Positions 36,530-47,250 of a stretch of 64,000 nt of DNA are shown here, in pieces. Positions within the stretch are counted from its first letter, which is position 1; the number at the start of each line of letters is the position of its first letter. The stretch comes from Centroscyllium fabricii (Eukaryota), in the NCBI GenBank assembly GCA_051313645.2, contig JBNRSN020000086.1, forward strand, positions 1,922,001-1,986,000, read 5' to 3'. Below the pieces are notes generated by a model. It was given only the letters and a program-made list of their open reading frames with translations, searched no databases and was not told the origin of the DNA. Made by a program: the position numbers and the translations under genes.

Positions 36530-37770
36530 CTGCATGAAAATGTTTCTGCTCATCTCTCCTCTTTTTCTTTTGTCAATGACCTTAAATCTGTGTCCTCTGG
36601 TTACTGACCCTCCTGCCAGTGAAAACAGTTTCTCCTTATTTACTCTATCACAATCCTTCATAATTTTGAACCCCTCTATTAAATCTCCGTTTAACCTTCT
36701 CTGCTCCAAGGGGAACAATCCCAGCTTCTCCAGTCTCTCCACATAACTGAAGTCCCTTATCCCTGGCATCATTCTAGTAAATCTCCTGTGCAAACATTAA
36801 AAGGCTTTGATATCGTTCCTAAGGTGGTGCCCAGAATTGGTCACAATACTCCGGTTGGGGCCTAACCAGTGATTTATAAAGGTTTAGCATAACTTCCTTG
36901 TGTTTGCACTCTCTGCCTCTGTTTATAAAGCCAAGGAATCCCATATACTATTTTAACAACCTTCTCAACTTGTCCTGTCACCTTCAAAGATTTGTGTATG
37001 TACACCCCAAGTCCTCTCTGTTCCTGCACCCCCTTTAACATTGTACTATTTAGTTCATATTGCCTCTCCCCATCTTTACAAAATGTATCACTTCACACTT
37101 CTCTGCGTTAAATTTCATTTGCCATGAGTCTGCCCATTTCCCCAGTCTGTCTATGTCCTCCTGAAGTCTGTTACTACCCTCCTCACTGTTTTACTACATT
37201 TCCGAGTTTCGTGTCATCTGCAAACTTTGAAATTATGCCCCCAACATCCAAATCCACTGTATTAATATACAGATTGAGCACCGTTAATCCGGCACCCTCG
37301 GGATCAGGCCGGTGCCGGACCATTGAAAATTCCGAACCCCTGAAGGTTCGGGGGGAGCGCGCGGTAGAACACTCCCCGGGTCCCGGAGCGCGCGGTAGAA
37401 CACTCCCCAGGGCCCGGAGCGCGCGGTAGAACACTCCCCAGGGCCTGGAGTGCGTGGTAGAACACTCCCCGGGAGAGAGCCCGGGGATAGAACAGTTAGA
37501 GAACCTAAAAAAACAGAAACCCAAACGCCCGACGACTTCAGCGTTCACTCACCTTTCGCGGGAAACGGCGGCGCCGCCGAGCGGCTGCTCCGCAAAATGA
37601 AGCTGCCCGACCATCGGGTGCCATATTACCGGTGCTCAACCTGTATATTGAACAGAGCAGTGGTCCCAAAACCGACCCCTTGGAGACACCACTGTATACT
37701 TCTCCCCAGTCTGAAAAACAACCATTCACCACTCCCCTCTGCTTTCTGTCTCTTAGCCAATTTTGTATCC
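36530..37770 (-). mobile_element. CR1 RT fragment interrupted by a MITE
   Basis: SGVSKGSVLGP|ISKFADDTKL...RRLNGDLIE. Confidence 0.85.
37270..37643. mobile_element. Tigger/pogo-like MITE with a different internal 30-bp repeat
   Basis: TA TSD and TIR. Four copies of ggagcgcgcggtagaacactcccc. Confidence 0.8.
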
Positions 37771-38059
37771 ATTTGGCTTATTTGCATATTATTCTTACTT
37801 GGCAGATCTAATATAATGGAATCAGTACAGCTATCTCAAGGGGATTGTTGCAATTCTCCTTGAATTATTTAATGCTTTTTCTTTATAAACAGTGCAGCGT
37901 GTGAGCTGCTAGCTACAAGAGCTAGCTAACTGCACCGTGCGTGGCATTTAGTCTGGCAAGTTGTTTGGGTTAAAGGTTAAGCAGGGAGCGACGGTCTGAC
38001 AATACATTTCCATTGTCAGCGGACTAGGTTCCAGCCTGCGATTGGCTGGCTAGGTCGAT

Positions 38060-38490
38060 GGTGTCATCTGTGGCTCAGTGGGCAGCACTCTCACCTGTGA
38101 GTCAGAAGGTATGAGAGATCAAGTCCCACTCCAGAGCACATAATCTAGACCAACACTCCCGGTGCTGTACTGAGGGATGCTGTACTGTCGGAGGTGCCGT
38201 CTTTCGGATGAGACATTAAACTGAGGCCCCGTCTGCTCTCTCAGACGATCCCATGGCTATTTCGAAGAAGAGCAGGGAGGTTATCCCTGGTGTCCTGACC
38301 AACCTTTATCCCTCAACCAACACCACTAAAACAGATGATCTGGTCATTATCACGTTGCTGTTTGTGGGAGCTTGTTGCGTTTCCTACATTACAACAGTGA
38401 CTACACTTGGAAAAGCACTTAATTGGCTGTAAAGCACTTTGGGACATCCCGAGATTGTGAAAGGCACTGTATAAATACACGTCTTTTACT
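38060..38490 (+). mobile_element. SacSINE1-like DeuSINE
   Basis: tRNA head plus Deu domain. Confidence 0.8.
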
Positions 38491-38544
38491 TCTTTCTGAC
38501 TGGCTGCCAACTTAGATTCACAGCCAAGATTCGTACCAGCGCTT

Positions 38545-39172
38545 GGATGCCACGGTAAACCTCAATACTTGGTTGGCGAGGTACACCTTAATACTTGGTT
38601 GCCGAGATACACCTCAATGCTTGGTTGCCGAGGTACACCTCAATGCTTGGTTGCCAAGGTACACCTCAATGCTTGGTTGCCAAGGTACACCTCAATGCTT
38701 GGTTGCCGAGATACACTTCAATACTTGGTTGGCGAGGTACACCTCAATACTTGGTTGGCGAGGTACACCTCAATGCTTGGTTGCCGAGGTACACCTCAAT
38801 ATTTGGTTGGCGAGATACACCTCAATACTTGGTTGGCGTGATACACCTCAATGCTTGGTTGCCGAGGTACACCTCAATACTTGGTTGGCGAGATACACCT
38901 CAATATTTGGTTGCCGAGGTACACCTCAATACTTGGTTGGCAAGGTACACCTCAATACTTGGTTGCCGAGGTACACCTCAATACTTGGTTGCCGAGGTAC
39001 ACCTCAATACTTGGTTGGCGAGATACACCTCAATACTTGGTTGGCGAGGTACACCTCAATACTTGGTTGACGAGATACACCTCAAGACTTGGTTGGCGAG
39101 GTACACCTCAATATTTGGTTGCTGAGGTACACCTCAATACTTGGTTGGCAAGGTACACCTCAATACTTGGTT
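38545..39172. repeat. 26-bp minisatellite, left part (about 24 units)
   Basis: Unit gaggtacacctcaatacttggttgcc with variants. Confidence 0.95.
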
Positions 39173-39578
39173 AAACATAGAAACATAGAAACTAGGAGCA
39201 GGAGCAGGCCATTCGGCCCTTCAAGCCTGCTCCGCCATTCAATGAGTTCATGGCTGATCATCCAAACCCAGTATCCCGCCCCTGCCCTCTCCCCATATCC
39301 CTCGATCCCTATCGAGCCTGCATCAACACATATCCCACCTTATCCCCGTAACCCCACATATTCAATCCCCCTAACACTAAGGGTCAATTTATCCTGGCCA
39401 ATCAACCTAGCCCGCACATCTTTGGACTGTGGGAGGAAACCGGAGCACCCGGAGGAAACCCACGCAGACACGGGGAGAATGTGCAAACTCCACACAGATA
39501 GTACCCGAGGCTGGATTTGAACCCGGGACTCCAGTGCTGTGAGGCAACAATGCTAACCACTGTGCCACCGTGCCGCCC
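39173..39578 (-). mobile_element. HE1-like V-SINE, full length
   Basis: Complete head to (atgtttct)n tail. Not hypermutated. Confidence 0.9.
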
Positions 39579-41780
39579 TGCGTAGGCAATGGTATCATTA
39601 AAACAGATCCGGAAAGACCTCGCCCGCCCCAGGAGCTCCCTCCACCCAACAATCCGGCCCCCCTACGTCGGGCCCTCGGTCCGCCCGTACACTACGCCAA
39701 ATGGACTCCCAACCCCCCAGACAAAATTCAACCCCTACTGAACGCCAGAACATCTCCGCTGGGAACAGTGGCCGCCGCAGCCTTCAACCCCCTCAAAAAA
39801 CAGTCGGAGAAAGCGACTCCCCACCCCATCAACGAGGACCCCCCCCCCCGTAGTCGAATGCGACGCCCCGGAGGTGGCGATCCCGGCCACTGTAAACCAG
39901 CAAGGCCGTCCTGCAGCACCCATGTCCAGGACCCCACAAGGCGCCGAGATACACCACCCCCCGGCCGAGAAGAAAGCCACAGCCATCACAGAGGTGGCAC
40001 GGAAGTGGAACCACTTCCCAGCTCGCCGGCACCCCACACTAACCACGGACCAGCGTCCAGCCGCCCCCACGCTCGACAACCGAAAGTGAACCAAAATCAA
40101 GAACAACAAAACACAGCTTCGGAGGACGGAACTGGCCCCCCCCAGCTACACCACCCACCATCGACCTGGCAAGGAGAACGCGACCCGGATACCCCCACAC
40201 GAGCACTCCGCTCCGCTACGTCACCCTCCACTCCCACAGACATCCACGATGGACCGTGCCATCCCGGCGCGACTCGCATGCCACACTTCATGCGATCACG
40301 GAATCTCCCACTCTCCACCGGAGACACGAAGAAAATGTGCTCCGAGTGCCGAACCCGTGCAGAACCGAAACCCCAGCTCCCCTGCCCCCCAGATGGTGCG
40401 CTCACACACGCAACCCAACCGATGCAACGACCCAGCACCGACTCCAAGGGCCCACCGCCCTCCTCAACACGGAACACACGTCTGCTCACCATGATCGACG
40501 AACATCCACGATCTCCGTCCGCCCTCCCCCGCTCCAACACGCCGGCATCCACAGCAACCAACTGCCCCGAGCAAGCACTTTCTCTCTGTGGCATGGCGGC
40601 CCACACCCACCCAGATCGGGGCCCATCCCCCACGCCAAGCGAACTCAAGGACTACCCCTCAGAACGGGGAACCGCGACAAGCAAAACAACGCCACACCAT
40701 CCCATCGGAAACGGACAGGCAGAGAGACACAACAGCACCACCTGGAATTCCGTACGTCCTGCCCCAAGATCCCAGGGCCCACCAAACCAGCAATGGGAAG
40801 CAGTGCCCCCAGATGCACCGCACTCCCCACGGTCCCCTCCCTCCACAGCCACAAACACGACACCGCACGAACGGCTCCCCAGACTCCAGCGTCGCTCATC
40901 CCACGGGGCATCTCCTCCGCCACGGCTAACCACTCCCGGACCCGCACCGCTCCGAAGATACGCCCGGACATCCAAAGATGACCCCCTCGTGGACGAGATC
41001 GAACTAACCGATGTCAACCCCACCTATGCCCACATACGTTATCCCGACGGTCGAGAGTCTACCGTATCATTACGGGACCTGGCACCCTGCCCACCAGGAC
41101 CTAGAGGGACACCAAGTGTTAATATCCCACCAGGGGCCTCCAGGGACCCACCGGGCACCACCCTCCAGGACCGCGACCTGACACCAACCAACCCTGCGCC
41201 GGTAGAATCCCACACCCGAAGCCACGACCCGCCAAGCACCCCCCTCCAGGACACTGACCAGACCCCAACCGACTCCAAGCCCGCGGGGGCCCGCACACGG
41301 AGCCATGATCCTCCCGGTGCCCCACGCCAAAGCGCCAACTGGCCGCAGACCAGCTCTGCGCCTCCCCCCGACCAGGGACAGACCAGCCCTGCGCCAACCG
41401 GAGCTCGCACGCGGAGCCATGATCTCCCCGACCCCCCACAGGGCAATCCAGGCCACGCAGGTTCCGACCAGTGGCCAACAGCAGGCAAACTGTCCAGAGA
41501 CCCAGACACCGTCCAAATGGGCAGACCATCGACCCAGCAACGAGAACTCAAACGGGTGCGACGACTCCTTGTTCGGCCACTCCGGAATAAAAAGAAGATT
41601 CCCGCCTTCCAATTTTGTAGGAGGGAAGAATGTGGTGATACCGAACAAACATTCGGGGGAAGGCTGAATGGTGAACTCTGTACATGTCACTTCCTGTGCC
41701 CAGATAGCATAAATACTGGAACTGCTCAGTATGGGGTGGATGCTTCACCTGGAAGCATGGTAAAACCCACCTCTGCAAAT
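39579..41780 (+). pseudogene. Ty3/Gypsy pol fragment (RT end, RNase H, integrase) + PPT + start of 3' LTR; T->C hypermutated
   Basis: Restoring C->T recovers RRALGLF..YYAKWIPNF, ECDAS, EKKATAI, TDQ, IDFKGP, HSDRG and TPYHPIGNGQVER. NPTYAHIRYPDGRESTVSLRDLAP is intact. PPT aggagggaagaa is followed by TG at 41631. Confidence 0.9.
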
Positions 41781-42704
41781 TGTGACAATATAGTGGATTA
41801 CAACTTTACTTTAAAGTTATTGATGTATAAGACTCATCTATCACATCAATACCCATGCTGATGGAATAGATGGCATGTGAAATTGAGACGGCAGAAGCAT
41901 TCGGTCAATGGTGAGAGAGGTAATGAGGTCAGACTGGATGAAAATTTGTGTAAATAATTGCAGCATGGTGAATCTGTTGTGAAAATGCAGTGAGGAAGAG
42001 CTTGTGGCTGAGGGAAGATATCTCTAAGGTGGGAGCTTTTACTTTACATTTGAAGCTGTCAACTCAACAGCTGATTCAATGGTCACTGAACTCATGCCTC
42101 AGCTTGACAAACATGGTCCACGACAACCTGGACCCCATGGGTGAGCTGTCAAATGCAAAAGGTAAGCTGAAAATCATTTTTAAGTGGCTCTAAGCAAGCC
42201 ACTAATTATCTGAATTGGATCCCCTGCCACTGCGTGTCGGATCTACTCAGCGCTGACAGACCCGACATTGGGAAAGTCGTGTGGCGGTGGGTTCACAGCA
42301 GTGTCGCAACTCACTGCGGGAAAAAACACTTTCCCACCCGGCTCGCCACCGATCGCACCCGCTGACCCCCAGAAAATTCCGCCCTAAGTAATTACTCCCC
42401 AAGTCACAATGATTGATATGGCTATCTCAGAACACTACCTCGTCTCCCTTACTATTCACAGCTTCCTGGCTCCAACTCTGCTGACTTCACCCTCCCCCCT
42501 GGAAAATATTCCACACCTAGCCACTTCACCAATACAATCTGTATTCACCTCTCTTCACCCCTCCAGACATCGCTTGGCCGTTGACTAACTGAACAGCATC
42601 CTTTTTTGTCTTCAATACACTAATTCCTGCCAAGTCACTCACTATCTCTTAGCATCATTATTCACCATATTCCCTCCTTTGCACGACTGAGTTTGAGAGC
42701 CACA

Positions 42705-43183
42705 TTGGTTGGCGAGATACACCTCAATACTTGGTTGCCGAGGTACACCTCAATACTTGGTTGGCGAGGTACACCTCAATACTTGGTTGGCGAGATACAC
42801 CTCAATACTTGGTTGCCGAGGTACACCTCAATACTTGGTTGCCGAGGTACACCTCAATGCTTGGTTGGCGAGGTACACCTCAATACTTGGTTGCCGAGGT
42901 ACACTTCAATACTTGGTTGCCGAGGTGCACCTCAATACTTGGGTGCCGAGGTACACCTCAATACTTGGTTGGCGAGGTACACCTCAATGCTTGGTTGGCG
43001 AGGTACACCTCAATACTTGGTTGGCGAGATACACCTCAATACTTGGGTGCCGAGGTACACCTCAATACTTGGGTGCCGAGGTACACCTCAATACTTGGGT
43101 GACGAGGTACACCTCAATACTTGGTTGCCGAGGTACACCTCAATACTTGGTTGGCGAGGTACACCTCAATGCTTGGTTGCCGA
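42705..43183. repeat. 26-bp minisatellite, right part (about 18 units)
   Basis: Same unit and orientation as 38545-39172. Confidence 0.95.
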
Positions 43184-43387
43184 GAAAGGCACTATTTCTT
43201 GGCTGTCAAGGTTCGGACTTGCCGGGAGGGGGGTGCAAGATGATGGCTATGATTAGCTGTGAGTGTGTGACGGAGAGAAACATAATAAACCTGAGTGATG
43301 TTCTGTGAAATACGAGGCTCCATCACCTGAGTGCCATTGGAGGCTAAGTATGATTTTAACCCAAGAGCGCATAATGCGTTTGTATGA

Positions 43388-44630
43388 ATCGTGCCTGACC
43401 AACCTGATAGAATTCTTTGAAGAGGTGACCAAGTGTGTGGATGAGGGAAAGGCGGTTGATGTCATATATATGGACTTCAGCAAGGCGTTCGACAAGGTCC
43501 CGCACGGTCGACTCATGAAGAAAGTAAGGAGTTGCGGGGTAAACAACGAAGTGGTGGGATGGATTGAGAACTGGTTGGCTCAGAGGAAGCAAAGGGTAGT
43601 GGTAGAGGGCCAATACTCGGGTTGGAGACCGGTCACCAGTGGGGTACCACAGGGGTCGGTGTTGGGGCCACTACTATTTGTAATCTTTATCAATGACTTG
43701 GAGGAGGGGACTGAGGGGTGGGTCAGCAAATTTGCGGATGACACAAAGATTGGGGGAGTAGTGGATGAGGAGGAAGGAAGTAGAAAGATTCAGAGGGATA
43801 TAGATAGGATGCAGAGCTGGGCTGAAGAATGGCAAATGGAGTTCAACACGGGGAAATGCGAGGTGATGCACTTCGGTAGGGCAAATAGGAAGAGGGAATA
43901 TAGGGTCAACGGCAGGGTTCTGAGTGAAGCAGAGGAGCAAAGAGATCTGGGAGTATATGTACACAGATCATTGAAGGCTGCCACCCAGGTGGACAAGGCA
44001 GTAAAAAAGGCCTATGGTGTACTGGCCTTCATCAACAGGGGAATAGAGTTTAAGAACCGGGAGGTCATGCTGCAGCTGTACAGATCACTGGTGAGACCAC
44101 ACTTGGAGTACTGTGTGCAGTTCTGGGCACCGTACTACAGGAGAGATGTGGAGGCGCTGGAGAGGGTGCAGAGGAGATTCACCAGGATGTTGCCGGGAAT
44201 GGGGGGAAAGTCGTACGAGGAGAGGTTGAGGGAGCTGGGACTCTTCTCCCTGGAACGGAGAAGGAAGAGGGGGGACTTAATAGAGATGTTTAAAATGATG
44301 AAGGGGATCGATAGAGTAAACGTGCAGAGACTGTTTCCCCGGGTGGGAAGAATGACAACAAGAGGGCACGAGCACAAGATTCAAGGAGGAAGATTCAGAA
44401 GGGATGGCAGGGGCAAGTTCTTTACGCAGAGAGTGGTCGGGGAATGGAATAGGCTACCATCTGAAATAGTGGATGTGGACAGTCTGGGTGCTTTTAAAAG
44501 GATGATAGATAGGTACATGGAGGGGAAGGAAGAGTAGGGGGGACAGGAAAAATCAGAGACAGACTAAGCGCGGCACTACATTGAGGGCCCAAGGGCCTGT
44601 ACAGTGCTGTATGTTCTATGTTCTATGTTC
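43388..44630 (+). mobile_element. Young 5'-truncated CR1 LINE (uninterrupted RT ORF to 44537)
   Basis: [13 protein letters not shown]...FADDTK...MEGKEE* and (atgttct)n tail. Confidence 0.93.
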
Positions 44631-44999
44631 CCTTGTTTGCCATTTTAACGGAGTTGAATCCCGGACCAACTCGTTCCCTGTGGCGTGCTTGCGAGGGCAA
44701 AGGTGACTGGACCTATGGTTCCCAAAGCTCCCCAGCACTGGGGCTTTTCTTCTGTAGTAGACCAATTGATAGAGATTGATTGCTACGGTTGCAAACACAC
44801 AAAATAGACAGGCAGATCCATCGAGCCTGCCCCGCACCCTGATGGCCGGAGCATCGTGGCTGAACACTTTATGGCCAAAATGAGTTTTTTTTTTGATGAA
44901 ACGCATGAAGATGTAACAGATCATCAGACTGGGCAGAAGCTCATTGACTACACTGGATACTCCCGTGTGCAAATGGACTCGGGGTCCAGGTTCATAGAT

Positions 45000-47250
45000 C
45001 ATTAAAATATCATGAACAGGTACAGAAAATAATCAAAAGGGCTAATGGAATGCTGGCCTTTATATCTAGAGGACTCGAATACAACAACAAAAGCTTATAT
45101 TTATACAGTGACTTTAATGTAGTAAAACATCCCGAAGTGCTTCACAGGCGTATTATAAGACAAAAAATTGACACCGAGGCACATAAGAAATTAGGGCAGA
45201 TGAGGAGGTAGGTTTTAAGGCGCATCGTAAAGGAGAAATGAGAGGCAGAGAGGTTTAGGGGGGAAATTCCAGAGCTCGGGGCCCAGGCAGCTGAAGGCAC
45301 GGGCACCAACGATTGAGTGATTATAATCAGGGATGCTCAAGCGGGCAGAATTAGAGGAGCGCAGATATCTCGGGGGAGTGTGGGGGGTGCTCGTTGTGGG
45401 GCTGAAGGAGATCACAGAGATAGGGAGGGGTGAGGCCGTGGAGGGATTTACAAGCAAGGATGAGAATTTTGAAATCGAGGCGTTGCTTAACCGGGAGCCA
45501 ATGTAGGTCAGCGAGCACAGGGGAAATGGGTGAACGGGACTTGGTGCGAGTTAGGACAAGGGCAGCCGAGTTTTGGACGACCTCAAATTTACGTAGGGTG
45601 GAATGTGGGAGGCCAGCCAGGAGTGCATTGGAATAGTCGAGTCTCGAGGTAACAAAGGCACGGATGAGGGTTTCAGCAGCGGATGAGCAGAGGCAAAGGC
45701 AGAGACGGGCGATGTTACGGAGGTGGAAATAGGCGGTCTTAGTTATGCCACGGATATGTGGTCGGAAGCTCATTTCAGGGTCAAATATGACACCAAGGCT
45801 GCGAACAGTCTGGTACAAGGGGGTAGAAGTTATGCTCCAGCTATACAAAGCCCTGGTTAGACCACACCTGGAGTACAATGAGCAGTTCAGGGCACCACAC
45901 CTCAGCAAGGATATATTGGCCTTGGAGGGAGTGCAGTGTAGGTTTACCAGAATGATACCCGGACTCCAGGGGCTAATTTATGAGGAGAGATTACACAAAC
46001 TGGGGTTGTATTGCCCAGAATTTAGAAGGTTAAGGGGTAATTTGATTGACGTTTTCAAGATATTAAGGGATACAGGTTGTGCACCGTTAATCCGGCACCT
46101 GATAATTCAGCACCTTCAGTGGTCCGGCACGAATCTTGCTGGCCGGCCCACGTGATCCCAGGGACGCTCGAGATGCGCGGGCCTCTCTCCGGCAGCACCC
46201 CGCGATGCGCGGGCCTCTCCCCGGCAGCACCCCGCGATGCGCGGGCCTCTCTCCGGCAGCACCGGAGAGTCCCAGGACCGCAAATCCCATTCCCTCACTC
46301 TTTAACTGGTCTGCGCATGCACAGTGGCCATTTTGACTGGTCTGCGCATGCGCAGCAGCCATTTTGACAGGTCTGCACATGCGCAGTGGCCATTTTGACT
46401 GGTCTGCGCATGCGCAGTGGCCATTTTGACTGGTCTGCGCATGCGCAGTGGCCATTTTGACTGGTCTGCACATGCGCAGTGGCCATTTTGACAGGTCTGC
46501 ACATGCGCAGTGGCCATTTTGACTGGTCTGCGCATGCGCAGCAGCCATTTTGACTGGTCTGCACATGCGCAGTGGCCATTTTGACAGGTCTGCACATGCG
46601 CAGTGGCCATTTTGACTGGTCTGCGCATGCGCAGTGGCCATTTTGACTGGTCTGCGCATGCACAGTAGCCATTTTGACTGGTCTGCACATGCGCAGTGGC
46701 CATTTTGACTGGTCTGCGCATGCGCAGCAGCCATTTTGCCAGGTCTGCGCATGCGCAGCAGCCATTTTGACTGGTCTGCACATGTGCAGCGGCCATATTG
46801 ACTGGTCTGCGCATGCGTAGCGGCCATATTGACTGGTTTGCACATGCGCAGCGGCCATATTGACTGGTCTGCGCATGCGCTCCCCGAACCTTCAGTGGTT
46901 CGGCATTTTCAGTAGTCCGGCACCGGCCTGGTCCTGAGGGTGCCGGATTAACGGTGCACAACCTGTATTAACCGCTGGTTACTGAGTCTAGGACTACGGG
47001 GCATAGTCTAAAAATTAGAGGCAGGCCTTTCAGGTGTGAAATTAAGAAACATTTCTACACACTAAGGGTGATAGAAGTTTGGAACTCTTTTCTGCAAACG
47101 GCAATTGATAGATCAATTGTTAATTTAAAATCTGAGACTGCTAGAATTTTGTTAAGGGATATGGGACAAAGGCGGGTATATGGAGTTCGGTCGCAGATCA
47201 GCCCTGATCTCAGTGAATGGCGGAACAGGCTCGAGGGGCTGAATGGCCTA
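45000..47250 (+). mobile_element. Older CR1 3' fragment interrupted by L2 (-, 45081-45810) and a MITE
   Basis: ANGMLAFISRGLEY|KGVEVMLQLYKALVRPHLEY. The L2 carries AFVTSRLDYSNALL...LHWLPV. Confidence 0.85.
46073..46965. mobile_element. Tigger/pogo-like MITE with about 18-19 x 31-bp internal array (46303-46880)
   Basis: TA TSD and perfect TIR. Unit gactggtctgcgcatgcgcagtggccatttt. Confidence 0.92.

Noticed and set aside
39570-41861. 763-aa proline-rich ORF as a novel host protein
   Set aside because: It is a hypermutated Gypsy pol. T depletion removes stop codons and inflates Pro/Thr/Ala, and part of the ORF is out of frame with the real pol.
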